Assembly: GCF_006345805.1 (NCBI RefSeq)
Contig: NC_043015.1
Coordinates: 44,888,001 to 44,952,000, forward strand
Direction: 5' to 3'
DNA from: Octopus sinensis
Lineage: Eukaryota
Length of the DNA stretch: 64,000 bases
The notes below the pieces were generated by a model. That model did no database searches. It saw only the letters and a program-made list of their open reading frames with translations, and was not told the DNA's origin. Of this stretch, positions 38,477-54,207 are shown in pieces. The translations under genes were made by a program, and so were the position numbers. Within the stretch, counting starts at the first letter, position 1, and each line of letters starts with the position of its first letter.

Positions 38477-38605
38477 TTTCTGACGAAGAGCGCCGCTCGA
38501 ACGTAAAACCCTCCTTCTTCCCTTCCTTTCTGAGCGTCCAATAATACTATATTTGATTTGTTCCACGTCCTCGCGTGTTGTGTTTTCATGTTGGATTAAC
38601 TATAT
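38270..38605 (+). mobile_element. Two PLE terminal-repeat fragments with degenerate hammerheads between (TA)n tracts
   Basis: CTTT-CTGTAGA-AGAGC..GCTC-GAAGCGTA-AAAG at 38291-38326 and TTT-CTGACGA-AGAGC..GCTC-GAACGTA-AAA at 38477-38508. Confidence 0.55.
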
Positions 38606-38606
38606 A

Positions 38607-38673
<67 letters not shown>

Positions 38674-39114
38674 CATACATACATGGTATATATATATATA
38701 TATGACTTTAGACAAATTAACTTATCTACCAGGCGTGTTTTAAAAAAGTGCCTTTTCGGCGGACGACACCGCTGTTGTCTGTTATTACCATTCTTGTTTT
38801 TATTTTTATTTTGGTTTTTTTGTATTTATTTTCTATTTGTGTGGCTTCTTCCGTTTTTCTGTCCTTGTTCCTTTACATTCGATCCTTTTTCCAAGAAACC
38901 TAATGCTCGCAGCTTAGTTTTTCATTGGGGCTGGCCGTTTCGTAGCAATATCAGGATTAATCAGCCGAAATTTGCTATGATGATCCGGTTCCTGACTGAA
39001 GGTAAAAGGCTTCGAATGACCCGTCCGTTTTTTGTGTCGTCTCTTTATGTATTTCACGTTCTTGTCCCTCTTTATATATAATTTTTATACCTATATATAT
39101 ATATATATGGGATG

Positions 39115-39492
39115 GAAGCACTCCGTCGGTTACGACGACGAGGGTTCCGGTTGATCCGATCAACGGAACAGCCTGCTCGTGAAATTAACGTGTAAGTGGC
39201 TGAGCACTCCACAGACACGTGTACCCTTAACGTAGTTCTCGGGGATATTCAGCGTGACACAGAGAGTGACAAGGCCGGCCCTTTGAAATACAGGTGCAAC
39301 AGAAACAGGAAGTAAGAGTGAGAAAATTGTGGTGAAAGAGTACAGCAGGGATCACCACCATCCCTGCCGGAGCCTCGTGGAGCTTTAGGTGTTTTCGCTC
39401 AATAAACACTCACAACGCCCGGTCTGGGAATCGAAACCGCGATCCTACGACCGCGAGTCCGCTGCCCTAACCACTGGGCCATTGCGCCTCCA
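39115..39492 (-). mobile_element. tRNA-derived SINE family C, full length
   Basis: Head GGAGGCGCAATGGCCCAGTGGTTAGGGCAGCGGACTCGCGG...TTCGATTCCC. Confidence 0.85.
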
Positions 39493-39502
39493 CATACATA
39501 TA

Positions 39503-39533
<31 letters not shown>

Positions 39534-39775
39534 CATACATACATACCTGATCCTCGATCAACACAAAACACTGAAAATGGATCAAAATCTGCCAGAAGAG
39601 GCGTAAAACATAATGTAAACAAACCACCGCTAAATACGAGTGTGTCTCCAAATTTAGCTGACTCAGTAGCAAAGACTGCGGAATACATCCAACTCAAAAA
39701 CATTTTTAAATTACAATTCGCAAAAAATTTTGCTACTTTCTCGAAGTTTTCGTTTAACAACAGACCAATCCCGCC

Positions 39776-39845
<70 letters not shown>

Positions 39846-41154
39846 CAATAATAATAAATGCCCCGATGCAATATCAGACAGTGGCTCTCGTGCCTTCTCA
39901 TCTTAACTGATTGGAAGTGTTATCATGTACATTGTTTTGTCTTGGTATAAAAGATGGGCTACAGCAAATATTATTCTGCTCAAAACCACAGATTTGCTTG
40001 TCAGTTGTTTGACCTTAACCAGTTGAGCATGTCCCTTGGTGGCTGACGATATGTGCATCTCTGATCATGAGCAGAAGTAGTGGGGGAGCATCATAGCCAT
40101 GTGTTGAAAGGAATTCTTGGAGGTTTGGATAATTCACCTTTGGAAACATGGGTGTTTCGTTCAACATCCTTAAACAATCCTCATTCAGGGAACTTTTGAG
40201 CGGGATGGGCTGCTCGATCAGAAGAAAATTCTAATTGGGCATGACCTGCATTGACTCCAGTGTTTCACTGGTACTTAGTCCGTCGACCCCGAAAAGATGA
40301 AAGGCAAAGTCGACCTTGGCGGAATTTGAGCTCAGACTTAAAACCTGACTGAATCTTGCTTACTGTTTTCCCCCGGAGTGCTTAACGATTCTGCCAGCTT
40401 GCCTAATAATAGTGATGGTGATGATAATGACGATGACGATGACGATGATGATGATGATGATGATTTCTATTTATATGCCACAGGAGCGTCGGATGAAAGC
40501 GATATAGCAAATACGGGTTACATAAATTGAAGAGGTTTAACATAAAATGGGATAAGGAGGAGGAGGAGGAAGGAGAATGAGAAGGAAGGAAGAGAGGGTA
40601 ACGTCCTTACTTTAGGAAATTCTCTCGCGATTAAACTTCGTTTGAACTTAAATAATTTCCTTCTTCGAGAGATTTGTTTTTTTAATTTCATTTGATCTAG
40701 GGTTTTTTTTATCAATTTTTTATAGGGGGGGGTTATTCTCTGCTCATCCTTTGGTCCCTTGTAGGAGATACAGGAAAGCAAGCAAGCACAATGGAAAGGC
40801 TGGCTTCACACGAACGACGATTACTTTATCTCATTTCCTACACACACACACACACACATACACATTCACGCATACACACACATAGACTGCACTTGTGGCT
40901 TTCAAGTAGATGTTTTGGTGTTGCTGTCACCACCGGTCGCCGCCGCCATTGTTGTTGCCTTGTCGTCGTCGTTGTTATTCTTGCCGTCGTCTGCTGCCGT
41001 CGTCTGCTGTCGTCTGCCGCACTCACCGTCGTCGTCGTCGTAATTCGTAAAATTTTTTGTTGGAGCGTTGTGAGGAGTGTTTCGGATACTCACGCTCTTC
41101 GAATGTGCTTCCTCAAAACTTCCAGGAAATAACGGTTATGTTTTATGAAATTTT

Positions 41155-41570
41155 GACGAGATACCTCTTTCTTTATTACCTACAAGGGGCTAAACATAGA
41201 GGGGACAAACAAAGACAGACATAGGTATTAAGTCGATTACATCGACCCCAGTGCGTAACTGGTACTTAATTTATCGACCCCGAAAGGATGAAAGGCAAAG
41301 TCGACCTCGGCGGAATTTGAACTCAGAACGTAACGGCAGACAAAATACCTATTTCTTTATTACCTACAAGGGGCTAAACATAGAGGGGACAAACAAAGAC
41401 AGACATAGGTATTAAGTCGATTACATCGACCCCAGTGCGTAACTGGTACTTAATTTATCGACCCCGAAAGGATGAACGGTAAAGTCGACCTCGGCGGAAT
41501 TTGAACTCAGAACGTAACGGCAGACAAAATACCGCTAAGCATTTCGCCCGGCGTGCTAACGGTTCTGCCT
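41155..41570 (-). mobile_element. SINE family A: head, two near-identical 185-bp units and the start of a third
   Basis: Period of 185 bp visible between 41161 and 41346. Confidence 0.9.
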
Positions 41571-41730
41571 GATATACAATTATCTCTTGATTTAAAGCAG
41601 AATTATAGTACACCTATGATAAAAATTAAAAAAAGCTTTCCGGTCGTGACGACACGGCTTATTTTACATATCAAATTGAAAGAATTAATAGAATCGTTAC
41701 AGAGTGGGATAGTATAGCTGTGGAGTTTAG

Positions 41731-42146
41731 GGATCTTTTCGGTTTGAACGGCAGTTTTTAACATAATTTCTAGGTAACTAAAAAATTATAAACCTCGTAT
41801 ACTGGTAGAATGCGTTTATAAAATATCTTTTTCTCTTGGCTTTATTGAGAAAATTCTATAGTTTGTAAGATATTTGTTGTTGTCTTTTCTTCAATTTCTG
41901 CAATTTCAACCAATCACTGACGTCTATCGAGGTAAAAAAAAAACCATTCTGTGCCGTATGAATATGTCCCTCGTTTAAGAAACAGCTTGAGTTTATTTAC
42001 ATTTCTGAAGAAAAAAGATACCCTTCCCCCCACCCCTAACCCTAAAATAGATTGAAATGCAATAGATCGATTCTAGGGTCATAATTATTTGTGACAATTT
42101 CATATGACACCGCTAGAAAAAACTGCCGTTCAAACCGAAAAGATCC
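41731..42146. mobile_element. Merlin-like MITE without TSD
   Basis: Both TIRs intact; flanks GAGTTTAG and TTTCTATT do not match. Confidence 0.88.
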
Positions 42147-42339
42147 TTTCTATTTATAGCTATTTCTTTCAAAGACAAAACGGTGCCAAAAGATATCCTA
42201 TTCCCCAAGGGATTGTTGGGTGTTTTGAGACTGACGAATATCCAACCACACACACACACACACACACACATTCATGCACACATACACACACACATACAAT
42301 AATCGATTAAGGCAACAGGAGATGGATTTGGTATAACTT

Positions 42340-42480
42340 TATTTTATACGATGAGCGTTTCGATCCATCCCTTATGGTCCCTTATGGATGGGATGCTGTG
42401 CATCATACTGCGTTGCATCCATCTTGCAGTCTGGGTCACATCAGGTACATTCATACATAAAGTGGTATCTTGCTAAAGAT
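42340..42480 (-). ncRNA. Diverged hammerhead-like motif flanking the array
   Basis: Minus strand CTGATGT-GACCC...GGATC-GAAAC-GCTCATC-GTA; stem I not in register. Confidence 0.5.
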
Positions 42481-42574
42481 CTTGAGTTTGGGCGGCCATG
42501 TTGTTTATTTGCCTGCTTCAGTTAAGGAAAGACGCATTGTTACGATTGTTCTTATTAAATATCCATAAGAAATT

Positions 42575-45500
42575 ATATCACAATCAAGGAACGGCCATAA
42601 TAGGCCATTCACCCACTAGAAATAACAGCCAAAAAGCTTCAACCGCAAAATAACATTAATTCCGTAAACAGGAGAAAATTAAAAAACATTTACCCTGAAA
42701 TTCTTATACGATGCACCGTTTCGTCTAGTTTTAATGGTAAAACTAACACCGATTAAATTAAATCAAGCCAATCTACCATAGGCCCTTAGATTCATCAGTA
42801 AGGAATAGCAAATCGGAACAGATATTTTTCACGAGCATTCTCGTCCATGCCTCGCCAATATCTGACCTAAAATTTTCAAATCGTCGCACTCGCGCCAAAT
42901 TTATCGGCAGCAAATAAATATAAGCCGCCGATTCCATTACGGAACCAACCAGAAAATTCATAATTAATCAATATAGGGAGGCAAAAAAATTTTGTAGAAT
43001 TCTTTTGCCCCCAGCGGCCTAGTGGGAAAAAATTATTAAATAGTCATAACCATTTTTAAGTTCAAATCACAATCAAGGACGGCCATAATAGGCCATTCAC
43101 CCACTAGAAATAACAGCCAAAAGCTTCAACCGAACAAATAACATTATAATTCCGTAAACCAGGAGAAAATTAAAAGACATTTACCCTGAAATTCCTTATA
43201 CGATGCACCGTTTCGTCTACTGTTTAATGGTAAACTAACCTGATTAAATTAAATCAAGCCAATCTTACCATAGGCCCTTAGATTCATCAGTAAGGAATAG
43301 CCAACTCGGAACAGATATTTTTCACGAGGCATTCTCGTCCATTGCCTCGCCATATCTGACCTAAAATTTTCAAATCGTCGCACTCGCGCGCCAAATTTAT
43401 CGGCAGCAAATAAATATAAGCCGCCGAATTCCATTACGGAACCAACCAGAAAATTCATAATTAATCAATATAGGGAGGCAAAAAAATTTTGTAGAATTCT
43501 TTTGCCCCCAGCGGCCTAGTGGGAAAAATTAAATAGTCATAAACCATTTTTAAGTTCAATATCACAATCAAGGAACGGCCATAATAGGCCATCACCCACT
43601 AGAAATAACAGCAAAAAGCTTCAACCGCAAAAAATAATTAATTCCGTAAACCAGGAGAAAATAAAAAACATTTACCCTGAAATTCCTTATACGATGCACC
43701 GTTTCGTCTCTGTTTAATGGTAAACTAACCTGATTAAATTAAATCAAGCCAATCTACCATAGGCCCTTAGATTCATCAGTAAGGAATAGCCAAATCGGAA
43801 CAGATATTTTTCACGAGGCATTCTCGTCCATGCCTCGCCAATATCTGACCTAAAATTTTCAAATCGTCGCACTCGCGCCAAATTTATCGGCAGCAAATAA
43901 ATATAAGCCGCCGATTCCATTACGGAACCAACCAGAAAATTCATAATTAATCAATATAGGGAGGCAAAAAAATTTTGTAGAATTCTTTTGCCCCCAGCGG
44001 CCTAGTGGGAAAAAATTAAATAGTCATAAACCATTTTTAAGTTCAATATCACAATCAAGGAACGGCCATAATAGGCATTCACCCACTAGAAATAACAGCC
44101 AAAAAGCTTCAACCGCAAAATAACATTAATTCCGTAAACCAGGAGAAAATTAAAAAACATTTACCCTGAAATTCCTTATACGATGCACCGTTTCGTCTAC
44201 TGTTTAATGGTAAACTAACCTGATTAAATTAAATCAGCCAATCTACCATAGGCCCTTAGATTCATCAGTAAGGAATAGCCAAATCGGAAACATATTTTTC
44301 ACGAGGCATTCTCGTCCATGCCTCGCCAATATCTGACCTAAATTTTCAAATCGTCGCACTCGCGCCAAATTTATCGGCAGCAAATAAATATAAGCCGCCG
44401 ATTCCATTACGGAACCAACCAGAAAATTCATAATTAATCAATATAGGGAGGCAAAAAAATTTTGTGTAGAATTCTTTTGCCCCCAGCGGCCTAGTGGGAA
44501 AAAATTAATAGTCATAAACCATTTTTAAGTTCAAATCACAATCAAGGAACGGCCATAATAGGCCATTCACCCACTAGAAAAACAGCCAAAAAGCTTCAAC
44601 CGCAAAATAACATTAATTCCGTAAACCAGGAGAAAATTAAAAAACATTTACCCTGAAATTCCTTATACGATGCACCGTTTCGTCTACTGTTTAATGGTTA
44701 AACTAACCTGATTAAATTAAATCAAGCCAATCTACCATAGGCCCTTAGATTCATCAGTAAGGAATAGCCAAATCGGAACAGATATTTTTCACGAGGCATT
44801 CTCGTCCATGCCTCGCCAATATCTGACCTAAAATTTTCAAATCGTCGCACTCGCGCAAAAATTTATCGGCAGCAAATAAATATAAGCCGCCGATTCCATT
44901 ACGGAACCAACCAGAAAATTCATAATTAATCAATATAGGGAGGCAAAAAAATTTTGTAGAATTCTTTTGCCCCCAGCGGCCTAGTGGGAAAAAATTAAAT
45001 AGTCATAAACCATTTTTAAGTTCAATATCACAATCAAGGAACGGCCATAATAGGCCATTCACCCACTAGAAATAAAATAACAGCCAAAAAGCTTCAACCG
45101 CAAAAAACATTAATTCCGTAAACCAGGAGAAAATTAAAAACATTTACCCTGAAATTCCTTATACGATGCACCGTTTCGTCTACTGTTAATGGTAAACTAA
45201 CCTGATTAAATTAAATCAAGCCAATCTACCATAGGCCCTTAGATTCATCAGTAAGGAATAGCCAAATCGAACAGATTTTTCACGAGGCATTCTCGTCCAT
45301 GCCTCGCCAATATCTGACCTAAAATTTTCAAATCGTCGCACTCGCGCCAAATTTATCGGCAGCAAATAAATATAAGCCGCCGATTCCATTACGGAACCAA
45401 CCAGAAAATTCATAATTAATCAATATAGGGAGGCAAAAAAAATTTGTTTAGAATTCTTTTGCCCCCAGCGGCCTAGTGGGAAAAAATTAAATAGTCTCAT

Positions 45501-48500
45501 AAACCATTTTTAAGTTCAATATCACAATCAAGGAACGGCCATAATAGGCCATTCACCCACTAGAAATAACAGCCAAAAAGCTTCAACCGCAAAATAACAT
45601 TAATTCCGTAAACCAGGAGAAAATTAAAAACATTTACCCTGAAATTCCTTATACGATGCACCGTTTCGTCTACTGTTTAATGGTAAACTAACCTGATTAA
45701 ATTAAATCAAGCCAATCTACCATAGGCCCTTAGATTCATCAGTAAGGAATAGCCAAATCGGAACAGATATTTTTCACGAGGCATTCTCGTCCATGCCTCG
45801 CCAAATATTGACCTAAAATTTTCAAATCGTCGCACTCGCGCCAAATTTATCGGCAGCAAATAAATATAAGCCGCCGATTCCATTACGGAACCAACCAGAA
45901 AATTCATAATTAATCAATATAGGGAGGCAAAAAAATTTTTTAGAATTCTTTTGCCCCCAGCGGCCTAGTGGGAAAAAAATAAATAGTCATAAACCATTTT
46001 TAAGTTCAGTATATCACAATCAAGGAACGGCCATAATAGGCCATTCACCCACTAGAAATAACAGCCAAAAAGCTTCAACCGCAAAATAACATTAATTCCG
46101 TAAACCAGGAGAAAATTAAAAACATTTACCCTGAAAATCCTTATACGATGCACCGTTTCGTCTACTGTTTAATGGTAAACTAACCTGATTAAATTAAATC
46201 AAGCCAATCTACCATAGGCCCTTAGATTCATCAGTAAGGAATAGCCAAATCGGAACAGATATTTTTCACGAGGCATTCTCGTCCATGCCTCGCCAATATC
46301 TGACCTAAAATTTTCAAATCGTCGCACTCGCGCCAAATTTATCGGCAGCAAATAAATTATAAGCCGCCGATTCCATTACGGAACCAACCAGAAAATTCAT
46401 AATTAATCAATATAGGGAGGCAAAAAAATTTTGTAGAATTCTTTTGCCCCCAGCGGCCTAGTGGAAAAAATTAAATAGTCATAAACCATTTTTAAGTTCA
46501 ATATCACAATCAAGGAACGGCCATAATAGGCCATTCACCCACTAGAAATAACAGCCAAAAAGCTTCAACCGCAAAATAACATTAATTCCGTAAACCAGGA
46601 GAAAATTAAAAAACATTTACCCTGAAATTCCTTATACGATGCACCGTTTCGTCTACTGTTTAATGGTAAACTAACCTGATTAAATTAAATCAAGCCAATC
46701 TACCATAGGCCCTTAGATTCATCAGTAAGGAATAGCCAAATCGGAACAGATATTTTTCACGAGGCATTCTCGTCCATGCCTCGCCAATATGACCTAAAAT
46801 TTTCAAATCGTCGCACTCGCGCCAAATTTATCGGCAGCAAATAAATATAAGCCGCCGATTCCATTACGGAACCAACCAGAAAATTCATAATTAATCAATA
46901 TAGGGAGGCAAAAAAATTTTGTAGAATTCTTTTGCCCCCAGCGGCCTAGTGGGAAAAAATTAAATAGTCATAAACCATTTTTAAGTTCAATATCACAATC
47001 AAGGAACGGCATAATAGGCCATTCACCCACTAGAAATAACGCCAAAAAGCTTCAACCGCAAAATAACATTAATTCCGTAAACCAGGAGAAAATTAAAAAA
47101 CATTTACCCTGAAATTCCTTATACGATGCACCGTTTCGTCTACTGTTTAATGGTAAACTAACCTGATTAAATTAAATCAAGCCTACCATCTACCATAGGC
47201 CCTTAGATTCATCAGTAAGGAATAGCCAAATCGGAACAGATATTTTTCACGAGGCATTCTCGTCCATGCCTCGCCAATATCTGACCTAAAATTTTCAAAT
47301 CGTCGCACTCGCGCCAAATTTATCGGCAGCAAATAAATATAAGCCGCCGATTCCATTACGGAACCAACCAGAAAATTCATATTAATCAATATAGGGAGGC
47401 AAAAAAATTTTGTAGAATTCTTTTGCCCCCAGCGGCCTAGTGGGAAAAAATTAAATAGTCATAAAACATTTTTAAGTTCAATATCACAATCAAGGAACGG
47501 CCATAATAGGCCATTCACCCACTAGAAATAACAGCCAAAAAGCTTCAACCGCAAAATAACATTAATTCCGTAAACCAGGAGAAAATAAAAAACATTTACC
47601 CTGAAATTCCTTATACGATGCACCGTTTCGTCTACTGTTTAATGGTAAACTACCTGATTAAATTAAATCAAGCCAATCTACCATAGGCCCTTAGATTCAT
47701 CAGTAAGGAATAGCCAAATCGGAACAGATATTTTTCACGAGGCATTCTCGTCCATGCCTCGCCAATATCTGACCTAAAATTTTCAAATCGTCGCACTCGC
47801 CGCCAAATTTATCGGCAGCAAATAAATATAAGCCGCCGATTCCATTACGGAACCAACCAGAAAATTCATAATTAATCAATATAGGGAGGCAAAAAAATTT
47901 TGTAGAATTCTTTTGCCCCCAGCGGCCTGTGGGAAAAAATTAAATAGTCATAAACCATTTTTAAGTTCAATATCACAATCAAGGAACGGCCATAATAGGC
48001 CATTCACCCACTAGAAATAACAGCCAAAAAGCTTCAACCGCAAAATAACATTAATTCCGTAAACCAGGAGAAAATTAAAAAACATTTACCCTGAAATTCC
48101 TTATAATGCACCGTTTCGTCTACTGTTTAATGGTAAACTAACCTGATTAAATTAAATCAAGCCAATCTACCATAGGCCCTTAGATTCATCAGTAAGGAAT
48201 AGCCAAATCGGAACAGATATTTTTCACGAGGCATCTCGTCCATGCCTCGCCAATATCTGACCTAAAATTTTCAAATCGTCGCACTCGCGCCAAATTATCG
48301 GCAGCAAATAAATATAAGCCGCCGATTCCATTACGGAACCAACCAGAAAATTCATAATTAATCAATATAGGGAGGCAAAAAAATTTTGTAGAATTCTTTT
48401 GCCCCCAGCGGCCTAGTGGGAAAAAATTAAATAGTCATAAACCATTTTTAAGTTCAATATCACAATCAAGGAACGGCATAATAGGCCATTCACCCACTAG

Positions 48501-49221
48501 AAATAACAGCCAAAAAGCTTCAACCGCAAAATAACATTAATTCCGTAAACCAGGAGAAAATAAAAAACATTTACCCTGATGAAATTCCTTATACGATGCA
48601 CCGTTTCGTCTACTGTTTAATGGTAAACTAACCTGATTAAATTAAATCAAGCCAATCTACCATAGGCCCTTAGATTCATCAGTAAGGAATAGCCAAATCG
48701 GAACAGATATTTTTCACGAGGCATTCTCGTCCATGCCTCGCCAATATCTGACCTAAAATTTTCAAATCGTCGCACTCGCGCCAAATTTATCGGCAGCAAA
48801 TAAATATAAGCCGCCGATTCCATTACGGAACCAACCAGAAAATTCATAATTAATCAATATAGGGAGGCAAAAAAATTTTGTAGAATTCTTTTGCCCCCAG
48901 CGGCTAGTGGGAAAAAATTAAATAGTCATAAACCATTTTTAAGTTCAATATCACAATCAAGGAACGGCCATAATAGGCCATTCACCCACTAGAAATAACA
49001 GCCAAAAAGCTTCAACCGCAAAATAACATTAATTCCGTAAACCAGGAGAAAATTAAAAAACATTTACCCTGAAATTCCTTATACGATGCACCGTTTCGTC
49101 TACTGTTTAATGGTAAACTAACCTGATTAAATTAAATCAAGCCAATCTACCATAGGCCCTTAGATTCATCAGTAAGGAATAGCCAAATCGGAACAGATAT
49201 TTTTCACGAGGCATTCTCGTC
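42575..49221 (-). repeat. Tandem array of a ~490-bp hammerhead-containing unit (candidate non-LTR retrozyme), 13 full copies plus one partial
   Basis: ATCACAATCAAGG recurs at 42577, 43066, 43561, 44048, 44535, 45027, 45521, 46013, 46503, 46992, 47483, 47972, 48459 and 48950 (mean period ~490 bp); differences are mostly small indels. Confidence 0.97.
49075..49179 (-). ncRNA. Type I hammerhead ribozyme motif (representative; one per array unit)
   Basis: UUCCUUA-CUGAUGA-[stem II]-GAAAC-G-GUGCAU-C-GUA-UAAGGAA: 7-bp stem I, canonical core, stem III ACGG/UCGU with UGCA loop; predicted cleavage between 49082 and 49081. Confidence 0.8.
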
Positions 49222-49223
49222 AT

Positions 49224-52670
<3,447 letters not shown>

Positions 52671-53399
52671 CACACACACACACACACACATACACACACA
52701 CATGTACACACACATACACATACACACACACTCTCTCTCTCTTTCTCTCTCTCTTTCTTTCTCTCTCTCTTTCTTTCTCTCTCTTTCTCTCCCTCTTTCT
52801 CTCCCTCTTTCTCTCTTTCTCTTTCTCTCCCCCTCTTTCTCTCTCTCTCTTTCTCTCTCCCTCTTTCTTTTTCTCTTTCTCTCTCTCCCTCTTTCTTTTT
52901 CTCTTTCTCTCTCTCTCTCTTTCTCTCTCTCACACACACACATACAAAATGAAAGAATTAGAGTGCGTGTCTTGAGGGGGTGATTGATAGAGAGACATAG
53001 GAGGAGGAAATGAAAGAGGGAGAGAAGGGTATAGAGAGAGAGAAAGAGAAACTGAGTGAAGGAGACTGAAAAATACACCCAGCATACACAAACACACACA
53101 CCCATACATATACACACACACACATGCCCAAACACTGATGCACACAGTATACCGAACATCTAAGAAAAATAATCTATTTTGCTAATTTATTCAATAGTGA
53201 GGCTGGGATGGGGGAAGGAGAGGGGCAGGGCAGTGGTGGCCCTTTCCCCCCCCCACCCCCACCTCGCCCCCCCCTTCACCGGGTGATGGTTTTATGGGAA
53301 CGGCTCATCTGGGTCTGCTGCATATAAACCCGTAAAGGCTTATGCAAGGGCACCAAGGGTGTGAGAGGGGGAGGAGAAAATCACAGGCTGCCACGAGCG

Positions 53400-53764
53400 A
53401 CACACACACACACACACACACACAAACATGCACACACACACGCACGCACGCACACACATACACACACGCACACATACGCACACACACGCACACACACTCG
53501 TACACACACACGCACATACACGCACGCACACGCACACGCACACATACACACACGCACACACGCATACACACACGCAAACACACAACATACACACACCACG
53601 CGCGCACACACGCACACCACACTCGTACACACACACGCACATACACGCACGCACACGCACACGCACACATACACACACGCACACACGCCATACACACACG
53701 CAACACACACACATACACACACACGCGCGCACACACGCACACACACGCACACACACACGCACAC

Positions 53765-53796
<32 letters not shown>

Positions 53797-53868
53797 GCAC
53801 ACACGCACACAGACACACACACGCACACACACACACACGCACACACACACACACACACACGCACACAC
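53400..53868. repeat. (CA/CACG)n compound microsatellite
   Basis: Directly visible. Confidence 0.97.
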
Positions 53869-54207
53869 TTTAGCTATGTAGAAATATCTTGAAAAGATGC
53901 TCAAACATTTTAATAGTAACAAAAAAAAATTTATTTTGTATTAGAATACCCACCATATATATATATATAGCTATTTTCTCTTGACATACTTACGATTATG
54001 TGTTGAGTTACCATTAATACGCGTCCGTGATTTTTATTGTTATTTGATGTCGCATTCACTTTACGATTACAAAACTGCTTACAATAAAATATTCTTCGAG
54101 AATGCGCCGACTGTGAAGTACGTATATGTTTTTGTTTGAAAACCTCGGGTTTCCAGTACTACAATTGCCTAGTTAAGACCCCATACGGGTACAAGAACAA
54201 TACCAGA

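Noticed and set aside
40930-41130. CpG-rich segment with minus-strand GTGAGT donors
   Set aside because: Mostly (GTC)n low complexity; no recognisable protein in any frame.
48577-48584. Plus-strand CTGATGA in one unit
   Set aside because: Present in a single unit as a 3-nt insertion with no matching stems; probably a sequencing error or private mutation.
42575-49221. 5S rRNA, tRNA, snRNA or spliced-leader gene array
   Set aside because: No 5S, tRNA cloverleaf, U1/U2 5' motif or SL-like sequence recognised in the unit on either strand.
42575-49221. Integrated viroid-like or obelisk-like ambisense replicon
   Set aside because: A ribozyme motif was found in only one polarity and there is no substantial ORF; a covariance-model search of the plus strand would be needed to exclude it fully.
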